DNA of 64,000 nucleotides, taken from the NCBI GenBank assembly GCA_036785375.1, contig JAWMAR010000023.1:7316001-7380000 (forward strand). The letters run 5' to 3'. Below, one piece after another: positions 36,418 to 49,100 of the stretch. Positions within the stretch are counted from its first letter, which is position 1, and each line of letters starts with the position of its first letter. The notes below the pieces were generated by a model. It searched no databases. It saw only the letters and a program-made list of their open reading frames with translations, and was not told where the DNA came from. The stretch comes from Leucoraja ocellata (Eukaryota). The translations under genes were made by a program, and so were the position numbers.

Positions 36418-37409
36418 CTTCAGATTCTCCTGAATTTTTCTGGAAACTAGAAAACACCAAAAGGCTTAAAAATGCTGAATCACAAGGGTGAGAAAGAACA
36501 ACTGAAAGTGTTGAGTATGAAAGCACTTTATTTTAAGCAAGATTTAATAAAAAGGACAATCATCAAATACTGAGCCTGTGGGTAAGAGTTCTGGAAGATG
36601 CTTAATGTGCTTTTTGTTTAGAGACACAAGAAACTGCGATGCTGAAATCTTGAGCAAACCATTAAGTTTTAACTTGAGTTAACGTGAACTCAGCTGGCCA
36701 TGCAGCAACTGTGAAGGGAATGAACAGATGTTTCAGGTTGGGACCCTTCTTGAGTTTGGGGACCACAACTTGTAATGTTGCCGGTCCATTCCCTCCACAG
36801 ATGCTGTCTGACCTGCTGAGTTCCTCTAGTACTTTGTGTTATTTGTTTACATACTTTTCACTCAAATGGATTAGAAACAGGACTCTATTCAAATTCAGAG
36901 AAACAGTGGAGTAATAACAGCAAGACACCGAAGAACTCATATACAAATTACGGGTGAATTTCTGGGAAATAATTTTTCATAATTCAGTAATGTATACAAA
37001 ATTAATCAAACACAGTTCATGAATAATGTGCTCACTACAAACAAGGCAATGATTGAAGCTCTAATCCTAATTCTACTGAGTCCTTTGGTCAAGATTCCCA
37101 CTAATGTATACTCAAATTGTGAAATGTGCTGGAGCACAAGTTTCAATGATCAAGGAGATGCACGGAACTGCAGACCACTGTTGGAATCTTGAGCGAAACA
37201 CAAGTGTTCTGGAAGAACTCAGCAGGTGTGTGGGGGAGTGAATAGGCAATGTTTCAGGTCGGGACCATTCATTTTTTCTGTTCTTCATCTGGTGAATCTT
37301 GAAGCATAAATGTCCTCAAGAAACTCAAATAAAAAAATTAGTCACAAGCATTTTGTCTTCAACTCAAATGACAAACTTTCAGCCAGGGGCATATTGTCAG
37401 CAGCAGGAC

Positions 37410-37790
37410 CCGAGGGCAGAGGTTGGGCAGGCTAAAATTGGAACTTGAGGGGTAATCGTATTGAGCTGTGTAAAATAATAATAAGTATAGATAGTCTTTT
37501 TCCCAGGGTAGGGGAATCAAGAACTAGGGAGGCAGAGATTTAAGGTGAGAAGCAAAATATTTAATAGGAACCTCTGGAGCAACCTTTTCATAAAGGGTGG
37601 TGCATATACTTGAGGCAAGTACAATAACAATATTTAAAAGACAGTTGTAGTTACATAGATAAAAAAAGATTTAGAAGGATATGGGTCAAGAGTGGGTAAA
37701 TCGGACCAGCTTGGATGGGGCACCTTGGTTGGCATGGACAAATTGGAACGATTGGCCTGTTTGCGTGCTGCATAACTCTATGACTCTAAA
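37410..37790 (+). mobile_element. CR1-type LINE 3' fragment
   Basis: Similar to 320-555 and to the family tail ctctatgactcta. Confidence 0.65.
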
Positions 37791-38815
37791 TGTCATCCCA
37801 CTCCTCAGCAACTGTGAGTTTCATTTATTTACTTCCTCAGATTCCAATAGAGTTTGAAGGCACTGGAAAATTAAAAAACTTGATGAAGAAATGACATCAG
37901 CACTGGGGTCCCAATACACAATCAGAGATTTCTTACTCTAGGCTAAACAGCTTTACATGGTTTGCAATTTGCTATATAAAAAAACGATAACATTGAAGAA
38001 CAATGTTATTTTCATGAATTAATAAGGTCTTGTTCCTCCAACTAACTGTGTATTGTGTCCACAGTGCATGTCACAAACATTGTAAAACTGGGCTTCACAT
38101 TCTTCCCACTGCAAATAATCAAATTACTGTCGATAAATGGGTTGGGGGATCACGATAATTGGTTAAAAATAATCTAAGAAAGCCACACAAAGTAGATAAT
38201 TGGAAAATCTCTATCATGCCTAATAATTTAGGCTACAATATATTGTAGAACAGTTACGTACAGTACATTGTGGCTCAGGTGTTTCTTCACCACCATTGGC
38301 TGGAGATCGTTTTGTTTGAAAGAAACACAAATAATTATTTGCAATGGAACATTAAAACAAAAGTCTTGAGTTGCTCTTACTGAACAGCACAACTCCTTTC
38401 TCAATTATTATATGCCTTCACCTAAAGTTTTAAGCGGATGACACAGACATTCAGTCAATTGGGACAAAGGTTCATGCACTCTAAGCACAAGACAATGTTT
38501 GGCCTGTCCCTCATTAATGACCTAGTGACCACAGCTTACTTTATCTACCAATCAGACAAATGTTACTAAATATATTAATCACATTAAGCACACAGTGCAT
38601 CTCAATTTTTTTCTTCAACCATTCACCCTTCCAATCATGCTCGCCATCTCAAAATAAAGAACTGCTCAGTCATATAACTGTCCCTGTGTAGCTCAAGAAT
38701 GGGCTAAGTGTAAGACATCATTCATCGCTTGCATTCCGATATCCTCCTCGGCCCCCTTCATTCATTGCCTCTCTCATTGAATTCTCTACCTGTCAATCCC
38801 TGCCATCTTCCTCTC

Positions 38816-38955
38816 TGCCAATCCTTCCTCCAAGACTACCCCAATCTCTTCTTCAAAACCAATCCAATCTCTTCTCCAAAACCAATCCTAATCTCTTCTT
38901 CAAACCCAATCTCTTCTCCGATCCCAATCTATTCCCCAAAACCAATCCTAATTCA
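38816..38955. repeat. Degenerate minisatellite of about 18-23-nt CCAATCTCTTCTYCAAAA units
   Basis: Eight CCAAT pentamers within 130 bp. Confidence 0.8.
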
Positions 38956-38959
38956 AGCC

Positions 38960-39240
38960 CTTCCTCTCAGACCCACCTCGCCCTTCAGCAGCCGTTGGAC
39001 TGGCCACGTGAGTGAGCCACGCGCGCGGTTGGCGGGTGGGGTTTTCCGCAGATCCCCTCACACAGGAGTCGAAAGGCGGGAAGTCGGCCGGCTGTCCGGC
39101 GCAAGGATCATAGAGGTCCGCTCCGCTCCACTTTGTGTCTAACCATGGGATGTCTCGCCGGTCGGTGGCTCGACAGAAGAATTGCTTGGTACAACCGAAG
39201 GGCCGACAACTTCGGCAGCTTTGGGAGACAGGAGTGGGAT
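38960..39240 (-). promoter_or_regulatory. CpG-rich island: probable C1orf167-like promoter and first exon
   Basis: Locally dense CpG in an otherwise CpG-poor window. Contains an E-box CACGTG (39005-39010), a GCGGGAA E2F/ETS-like site (about 39076-39082) and a MYB-type CAACGG on - (about 38992-38997). A GAG|gtgggt donor ends a putative exon at 38977. Confidence 0.6.
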
Positions 39241-40179
39241 TAGGTAATGTAGTCTTTTTAATCATTGTGCCTTCTGCTCACAATGTCGTGTTCACTGGGT
39301 AATGCCAGAACAATAAAACAGTTTGAACTTCATGATTCATGATACTGCATTCAACGATATAAATATAATTTATTCTGTTATGAGTAACATGAAATAGCTC
39401 TTAAAAGCTGGCAAATTGATATGGGATGTCTCAGATTTGTCACAGGCCCAGTGGTTTCCACATATCTGCTCCAATAAACAGCTTTGCTGTGGAGAAATGC
39501 CATCAAGGAGAGAGCAGATAGACTCAACTCACTGTCCCCTCACAACCTCAAGCCACACTGTAAATGATCAGGGAAGGAATTAATGCAGAACTGGACATCA
39601 AAACAAGTAACCAAATTATCTCAATTGTGTCCCTGGGGCCTTTTCTCCCAATAATGTTGTTAATGATAGATTATAATACAAACTGTCCTCAGTCAGTACA
39701 GAATGGGAAAGTTCTAATTCAATTATTGAGGCCACACTGGTTTACAACTCCAAAGTGAATATCCTTAATTTTTCTCCAGCCTGTGAGACCCCCTCTCCTA
39801 CAACTCTCAAAGGGCTGCAAAAGAACAGGCATTATTAATGATGAAATTAACGATGTACCACACACAATCTGAATGGCATCTACCAGTTCAGCCATCAAAG
39901 TTGATCTACTACTGAAAATCTTTGATGTCAACTTTGTATATCTGTACACTTATTTCTGAAATAACTAACCTCATAATCTGTGCGTTTCTTTAATTTGGGA
40001 CAATGCCTCAAATTTCAAAAAGTTCCCATCTTTGGTAATGAATATCTGCATAGCCATAACCCTCCTTAACACTGTAACCTTTTGTAGTCATAGAAATTGA
40101 ATTATTTTATTCTAGCCTAATAAACAACTTCAGTTTTAATCACTTTAATAACTCACAAGCTGCTAGTCCAATTACATGG

Positions 40180-42200
40180 ATTACACTATTGCGCGCTCTG
40201 GAGTGCGAGTTACCAACTGGTGGCAGGGGAATCTCCAACCTTGCAGAAGATCGCACTTACAGTGAATACAATGCCAGAAAATACCGTGGAGACCACCATT
40301 GTGGTCAGAAACACGGCCTGCATGTAAGGCTGATGTGGAAGGGACTATTACCCCTTCCTCTCACTACCATCCTACATGTTAATGTACAGTTCCAAAAAAA
40401 TAAGGTTGAGAATTTAAGGCCCAGGCTGCTTTATCAAAGAGAGATGAGGTAATGCTGGGTGCTCTGTTTCGCAGAGATTTGGCTCACCTCCACTCAGCCC
40501 TCCAGCCTGAAGGTGTCTCATGATTAATAACACCAGACATCGTATGCCAATGCATTTCTTATCATAGCTGGGGACTAACAAGGCCAGTACCAGTGGATGA
40601 TAAGCACCCTCGACCGTTGCTATTCCACTATAAAAGATTCCTACTGCTCCATCCCTTGCCGATACTTTGGGAAATCCAATCACCATATCTCAGTGGTTCT
40701 CCACTGTGCACTGGACCACTTGGATAATAAAAACACATGCATCATGCCGTTGTTCATCGACTACAGCCTGGCATTCAACACCATCACCCCCTCTAAACCT
40801 GTTATCCAAGCTCAGGGAACTGGAATTCTGTGTATCCCTTTGCAACTGGATCCTCAACTTCCTCATCAACAGACGCCAATCGATTTGAATTGGCAACAAC
40901 ATTGCCTCCTTGATAGCCATCAGCACTGGGGCACCTCAAGGCTGTGTGTCATTCCCCTGGTTCATATACCCATGACTGTGTAGCTGGAAACAGTTCCAAC
41001 TCCATCTTTTCGCCAACAACACTACTTGCTGGACAAATTATGGGGAATGATGTCATAGTGTAGGAGGTAGATTGATCATTTGATTGAAATCGATCGTCTG
41101 ATTGAATGGTATTAGAACAACAACATTTGCTCTCAATGTCATTAAGTCCAAGGAGCTGTTAGAGTTTAGAACAGGAAGGACGAAAATAAACAAACCTGTC
41201 TTTATCAATGGGTCAGTGGGGGAGGAGTCAACAAGTCCATGTTCCTGAGTGTGCATACCTCTGAAGATCGGTCCTAGACCCAATACATTGATGCAATCGC
41301 GAAGAAAGGCCATCAACGCCTCTACGTCTTTGGAAGATTGAGGAGATTTAGTATGTTGACAAATTCTCTCTTGAACTTCTACAGGTAAATGGAGGAGAGC
41401 GTATAGACTGGTTGCACACAGCCTGGTTCGGTAACTCGAACACCCAGGGACGAAAGAGATTACAAAAAGTGGTGGACACTGCCCCTGACATCCCCCCCAT
41501 CAAAGGGTTCCAAATGTGCGCTGCCTCAACAAGGCAGCCAGCATCATCAAGAACCCACACCATCCTGGCCACAATCTCATTTCATTCCTGCCAACAGGAA
41601 GGTATAGTTGTCTGAAAACCGTTATCTCCATCGGCACAATGGCATAGCGGTAGAGCTACTGCCTTATAGTGCCAGAGGCCTGGGTTCGATCCTGCCTATG
41701 GGTACTTGTATGTATGGGGTTTGTACGTTCTCTCCGTGACCTGCATGGGTTTTCTCCGATATCTTTGGTTTCCTCCCATACTCCAAAGACGTACAGGTTT
41801 GTAGATTAATTGGTTTGGTATAAATGTAAAATTTTCCCTTGTGTGTGTAGGATCTATTAGTGTGCAAGGATCGTTGGTCAGTGTGGACTCGATGGGCCAG
41901 TTACCGTGCTGTGTCTTTAAATTAAAAAAAAACCCAACTAAACTCCAAGTTCAGGAACCATTTCTTCCCAACTGCCAATTGGCTGTTGAACACTTATAGT
42001 TATATGAACTGTTATAGTTGCAACTGGGGACTTTTGGCTTTTGTTTTGTTCTGCATTAATATTAGATTTTATTATTCATTAACCTTGTTTTGTTTTATGT
42101 TATCTATTGAGTACTGTGTTCACATACTTTTTATGCTGCTGTAGGAAATAATTTCATTATTCCATTGTGGTACATATGGCAATTAAACATTCTTGACTTT
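40180..42200 (+). mobile_element. Degraded Rex1/Babar-type LINE (RT remnant)
   Basis: Peptide remnant LHCALDHLDNKNT..LFIDYSLAFNTITP, frameshifted; typical 3' tail. Confidence 0.75.
41632..41930 (+). mobile_element. tRNA-derived V-domain SINE inserted into a Rex/Babar LINE
   Basis: Head tggcatagcggtag...gggttcgatcc, V-domain and A-rich tail; the LINE sequence resumes at about 41940. Confidence 0.8.
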
Positions 42201-45200
42201 TCTGAATGACGGCAATTGCACAGCTCCAAAGATTTAAAATTGCCCATCTAAACATCCCCTTCTTCCTTTAAAATGTTAATTATCACTTACCTCTTTGAGC
42301 AACCTTTTGTTCATCTGTCCTGTAGCTCAGTGTTAACATTCTTTAGTACTCAATGGTGCATGATAGTACATTAAATTATATAAATACAATTTATTATTGT
42401 TATAACAAGAAATAGCTATTAAAAGCAGTAAAATAAACTGACATAGAATGTCTTAGATTTGTCACATGTCCAGTGGCTTCAACATATCTGTTGTCTTTAA
42501 TTCTGGTGCACAGAAATATTACTGGGAGAGAGAAAACTGTTTTAAAAAGGCTTTATGTACAGACTGGATGGAAAAAGACGTGGGTGAGGAAAAATGTAGC
42601 TCTTTACAAAGCAATGCGGCAACTCAATAAAAGGCTTCAGTCAGAAATAGATGCAATAAATTCTGTAACTATTACCAGTGTGCAAACTGATTTCTTAAAA
42701 CAAAAATCCCTGGAGTCCCTAAATCTCTAATTGGAAAAGTTTGCTGCTTGGCTGCCTTTTCATAGAGCTGCATCTGGCTTTCTGGTGGCAGGTTGATGTG
42801 TGCAGAATTAATACTAGAATACGGTTCCATCCTCCTCCTACTGAAACTTTTCAGATAATTACAAGTTCCACATCCAAATAAATGTTTAGGGTGGTTGATG
42901 GGCTGCAATCCTGGATGTCATTAAGCTGCAAAAGTGTTATTGAATCTACATTCGTCTTGGCAATTGAGGATGTTCCATCACTTTCCTAACCGTGCCTTGC
43001 TGATGGTGAAAAGGCTTATAGATTTCGGACTCTGCAAGGTATTCAGCATGACCTGTGCTCTTAGCCATTGTATGTGCCGGTCAATGATGATGCCCAAGAT
43101 GCTAATATTGGGGTACTCGGCAAAGCTGATACTATCAAATGTCAAGGATAGGTGGCTGAATGTGTTAGGAGCAGGAATCTGCTATTGAACTTCTTGAGCT
43201 CTGCCATTTAATTCAAATCTCAAAGCTGTCCACAGTAACCTTTCACATCTTTGCTTATCAATAATCCATCTAGCTGTACCAGGAGACTAATCTAAAGGCT
43301 TGTCCTCAGGGCATTTTGAAATCTATCCTGAAAGGGAAAAAATGCCTAGCTTTACAATAGAAATACTTTATATTTAAACAGTGATAATTTCCTGTTGAAC
43401 CTCTTCATTTGCTTAATAGATATGAATGGAAATGAACATTGTGCAATTATTAGCACATATCCCCACGTCTGATCTCATGGTGGAAGATAGGTTATTGAAT
43501 GCAATCAACCTGGTGTGCACAATCAAATAGAACAAGTTGTCCTACAACTTTAGGCTGTGCACGCCATACACAAGAAGAAGTACTCGCCAAGCAGCCACCC
43601 ATAGATACAGTATCCAAATATTGTCATTTTTGCCCCTTGATTACCAGCAACTTCAGTTTTACCATGGGACCCTTTATTGCTTCATCAAATGCTGCCTTGA
43701 TGTCAAGAAAGCTCACATACATGAACATTCATTCTAATATCATCAGTGTTATGCATTTTTTTTTAAATGGTCCACATCCATACCTTGTTATGGTTTAGGT
43801 TTCCTAAAATTCAGGAATTCGTAATGTTGAAGAAAACTTAATACAACCAGTCCATATGGTTTAGATGTTAAAACATGTGTTCTGCATTGTATTTAATAAC
43901 CTTGATTCAGAGATTCATTCACTGCAGTCTGATGAGTTTAATCAAGTTTATTGGCAATAATAATGTATTTAACAATAAGTATGCAAAAAAAAGGTAGTCA
44001 ATTCAGAATAAATGGCACAAAATAGAACTGAATTACACATTGGGATTTGGAATTAAATGTTCAGCCAGAAATACCAAGGCCAATACTGATACCTGGTTTC
44101 TTGGTTGCACAGCAATAAGATTACTTATTGAGAACAGCAACCAACTGAATGTGGGAATGGAAGAATGGCTATTATGGAAATTATAATTCACCGTATGCCA
44201 TTTTCAACAAACAATACAGCGGATCCTTGATATTTGCATGCACTGGTGCTCGCCAGTTACATGTATAAATAAGCAATTATACAAAATAAGAAGTTTCAGC
44301 TTTTTAAAGTCAATTACTTTAATATTTTACACTACATATTTATGTTCAAAATGTAAACATAATCCAAGCCCCATCTTCTCGTGGACAGGAAATGTCTTGG
44401 AGGGAATGAGTCCCTCTCCTTTACTGCAGTATTATTACTGATTCCACACCTTCATGAAATGGGAGAGTTATATGATTTCTACCAATGTTACTGTGTGGAA
44501 TCCAGACCTTCAATTATAAAATGGCAAGTTGCTACTTTCTTGGAGAGAGAAGTCACTTGGTATCACAACTATATGATTCCTGAAACCCCTCGGGCTAAAT
44601 CCTGGGACCATAATATTTAGTATTATTCAGTATTCCGATTCAAATCAGTATTACACTCTACCCAATCTTGGGAGAGATTATATTTATCAAGGCAAAATTA
44701 CAGAAGTTACAAAACTTATTGTTCAATGTTAGTACAATTTTTAAACAACCATGTTTCAGAAACTGATTTATATCACTCTTGCAGCGATTTGCAGGTAGAT
44801 AAATCCCCATCAGCTGATTCCGACAAAGGGTCTTTATACATTTTTTTTTAATAGACATCTAACAGTTATACATATAACAGTTCATACAGCGCTATTGGCT
44901 GCAGTACACCAATCTAGTTTTTAAACTTAGAGGTGCTGGCGCGGTGTACCATCACAAAATGCTAAACACTGGTCTCAGATCCGAAATGTTGACTATTTCT
45001 CTTTGCACAGATGCTGCCTAATGTACTGTTTTTTCCAGCATTTTCTGTTGTTAATGCTATTAATTGAATGTTGTGTAACTGAATCAATTACATTCAAGGG
45101 TGCAATTGGCCACATTTAAACCTGCTAATAAAGGAACTTCAATATTAAACAGCAAAAGCTGCTCACCTCCTGAATATTTTTCATATACCACAACCTCCTC

Positions 45201-45234
45201 CCACTACTTTCCAACCAGGATCCATTACGCACAA

Positions 45235-45460
45235 GATAGACACAAAATGCTGGAGTAACTCAGCAGTTCAGGCAGCATCTCCATAGAAAATGGACAAGTG
45301 ACGTTTCGGGTCGGGATCTTTCTTCAGACTGAAGATGGGTCCCAACCTGAAATTACAACTGTCCATTTTCTCCTGAGATTCTACCCGACCTACGTTATGT
45401 TGATGCTATGTTACTCCAGCATTTTGTGTCTATGTTTGGTACGAACCAGGCTCTGTAGCT
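45235..45460. mobile_element. Palindromic Penelope-derived element in the probable AGTRAP 3' UTR
   Basis: Arms atagacacaaaatgctggagtaac ... gttactccagcattttgtgtctat are reverse complements. Confidence 0.7.
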
Positions 45461-46008
45461 CATTGTTATTACATTCCATTACACTGAAGATCCATTATCC
45501 GCAAAGAAAGGTATGTTAGTAAACTTAGAAAAATTACATAGTCGACAGCAGTCATGTCTGCTATTCCAAAGCCTTTTCATAAAGGAATGAGGCAAATCAT
45601 CTTCAACCCTTTAGTCATTAATGCCAAGTATAACTACAGCAAGCACTGGCTCTAAACCTCAGAGAGACTTACAAGAGCTTTAATTTAATCAAATCTGTAA
45701 TGCCCTGAAAGTAAGTTATTCAATTGTGACCTAATAGCCACATTTGAATTCACCAGGATAAGAATTTTTCTTATGATGTTCCAATCTGCAATCTTCAACT
45801 CCAGATGGTATTGTCACAGACAAGATTGCTTTTTTTGTGGATGGTCATTATTGTAATGTTACCATCTGGATGACATAAACAGAGGTCCAGGCACCGAACA
45901 CTGACAATTTGACCAAAGCACACACGCAACATTCAGAATCAGGTGGTTACTGAATCTAAGGCACAAGATATTTATACAAGTTTTCTTTTGGTAGCATATT
46001 AAACTAAG

Positions 46009-46127
46009 TTAATAGCCTGGGACAGTAATCTTTGCCTCTGAGGAAGTAGAAGGTGGGCGGTGAGGCTCCTGCTCACCAATGGTCTGGTATGAAGTTCGAT
46101 CTCGACTACGAGTTAAATCGGGAAAAC
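46009..46127 (-). CDS. AGTRAP: AGTRAP canonical terminal exon (GFPDLTRSRDRTSYQTIGEQ...VPGY*)
   Basis: ccatgcag acceptor, phase 1; family-typical YQTI motif and terminal GY; TAA at 46011-46009. Confidence 0.9.
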
Positions 46128-49100
46128 CTGCATGGAACAATTCAGAAAAAAGTCATTTTTCACGTGTCTCACCCACCCCTGCTCCCAGCAGAATAAAATG
46201 AAAATACCAAATATCCAGAACTTCAACAAAGCTGGTGTCAGCCATCGATTCACAAAATTAACAAAGCTTGGAACTCTGCATCTCTCCAGGGGTGAATAGT
46301 AAAGCCATTTGTAACCTAAACAAATTAAATAGAAATTTTGGCAAGAAAATACGTTATTTATTCAAGTCCATTCCTGCTTCCAGTTTTCTTTATTCATTTT
46401 TCCTTCTGCAGACACTATAGCTGATCTCAAATGTTATTTTTTCTTCAATTGCAGGCTCCAGTAATACATTCTACAATCTCAGCTCTAAAATATATATTTT
46501 TATTATTTTGTCCAAAATCTCTTATCTATAGTCACTCATAGGGTTTTTTTAACCTTCGGTTTTTAATCATTTTAAACAGCTTTATAAATACCAGTAACAG
46601 ATTACAAACCATTCTCAAGGCCCCTCACAGAAATGTAATCATATATTAACTGATAACAAGTCAATAGAATTATCACGAAGAGCGAGTCAAGCTAACAAAG
46701 GTGCAGGCAGAGCATTAAGAATAGAATGCTTGACTCTAGGACTAAAAGTGGAAACCAGTGCTACCAAGGTGGTGAAAGGAGGAGTACCCACAATAGCTAG
46801 AGGTCCATCAGATCATAAACAGAAGCATGAGGCAGCCAATGGCACCTGACGCCTGATCTTCCATTCAGTAACTTATTTGCAATAATTCATATCTCTTCAT
46901 TTCCTTGTTATTCCAAAACTATCAGTTTTCATCTTCAATAGATTCAGCAATGGAGCCTCTGTGGGACTCTTAAGTTTATTATAGAAACATAGAAATTAGG
47001 TGCAGGAGTAGGCCATTCGGCCCTTCGAGCCTGCACCGCCATTTAATATGATCATGGCTGATCATCCAACTCAGTATCCCGTACCTGCCTTCTCTCCATA
47101 CCCTCTGATCCCCTTGGCCACAAGGGCCACATCTAACTCCCTCTTAAATATAGCGATTATTATCTCGTGTACCAAGGTACAGTGAAAAGCTTTGATTTGC
47201 ATGCTATCATCAGATAATACTATATATAAATATACGATCGTCAAACACAAGTACAATAGATAGAACAAACTGGAAAATAAAGTGTGGAATATAGCTCTTG
47301 GCATTGTAGCTTAGCAGTTCCACAGAAAATGTCCTATGTCCGCAATGGGGACGCTTAATGAAGATTATTTTAACTAATTTTTTGCCCATTCCCTTTCCTA
47401 CCCATTTATTTTAATCTTCTGTATTCGAGGTATCATAATTTGCATAATTGAAGGAAGCTATTATCCCATTGCTTCCACACTAGTCTGAAGATGACTATTT
47501 AGGCCATTTAATGCCATTATGATAATCATATATAATTTATGTATTCAACTTTACTCTCATTGGATTTCTATTACTACATGGCTTTCAAAAGTTCAAATTA
47601 GCAAAAGGTAGGATGCAACCAAATAGTCTGGTCAGCGGGCATTCATGAAAGCTGACAGAGGTCTGTCTCTCTGTCTCTCTCTCCCTCACTCTCTCTCTCA
47701 CATAAAATCCCATTCAATATGAATGTTAACAAATACATAAACTCAAAATGTACACAAATGAAAAGCACAGTATGTAATATTCAGGTTCTTTTACACATGC
47801 AAGTTAATAATAAATAGCAAAAGTAGCAGTAACATTTCAGCAGCCTGGGAAGAATCACGTAATTATTGTAAGATCACCAATCAAAGCAGATGGACTGCAG
47901 CAAAGGGAGGAAGATTGTACACACACTGCTGGATAGGCAGGGGTAGATGGTTCAGCTGGAGCGACCACAGTAAGCACGGGATTCAACGCTATCACACGTA
48001 AACCTGCTGTCAATGGAGCTGTCCAGGTCTAAGATGGAGAGAATGGAGGGAGAGAGAGCAGAAAATAAAGCTTTGAAAACAACATTTTTGTGAGGTTGGA
48101 CAGCAGGCAACAAAGACAACAGATGCAACACAAACATAAAAGATGCAACACAAAGCACAATTATATGAAAACTAAATCTCTGCTCATGGAATAATTCCAT
48201 TAATTACTTTCCTGAATACTTCACCCAAGGTTTAAAAGTATTTAAGAGCCCGAGGCAGTGAATAAAGCCAGTATCTACCAAAACCAAAACCTGGGAACAT
48301 TTTTGATTATATATTCATGGATCCCACTCTTAATCTCATACAGAATAGTGAAAGGCTTGGGTAGAGTGGGTGTGGAGAGGATGTTTCCACTAATGGGAGA
48401 GCCTAGGACTAGCCATAGCTTTAGAATTAAAGGAAGGAGATGAGGAGAAATGTATTTTGTCAGAGGGTCGTGAATCTGTGGAATTCCTTGCCACAGAAGG
48501 CTTTAGAGACCAGTAGATATTCTTATGGCAGAGATAGATAGATTTTTGATTAGTACAGGTGTCAGAGGATATGGTGAGAAGGCAGGAGAATGGGGTTAGG
48601 AAGGAGAGATAGATCAGCCATGATTGTGTGACAAAGTAGATTTGATGGGCCGAATGGCCTAATTCTACTCCTACCACTTATGACGGATGAAGTTATTAAC
48701 CCTGGGTACTTTATCACATGGCCCCATAACAACCCACCTGGACTCATAGGATCAAGATGTTTGGTACATGTTTGCTTGACCTTCAAAGGGAGCCACAATT
48801 CATAGTATGCTGGTGTATCAGTGCTATCACCAGAATTTGACTGATCCACCTGCAATGCATTATTAGAGGAATTAGCTGTGGGGAGCTGCTCCTGCAGTGC
48901 AGGGGATGAGAGACACACTGAACTGGAACATTTGAATAGGATTTTTGGATGGGGAAGGGAGGGTGGCAAGTCATGTAGTTAGTAAACAATACAGGGTGCA
49001 TTTAGGTGGCAAGGAAGACAATGAAGCATTCATCTTCGACTTTATGGTATTCAAATAATTCCTTTAATGCTTCCAAGAGCCATCAGCTCCCACCTGTCCC

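Noticed and set aside
41632-41700. tRNA-like A/B boxes
   Set aside because: The head of a V-domain SINE, not a tRNA gene; it continues directly into the SINE body.
48783-48850. AG acceptor just downstream of AGTRAP exon 4, a possible terminal exon
   Set aside because: The phase-1 frame stops after 7 codons, the pyrimidine tract is poor and there is no family similarity.
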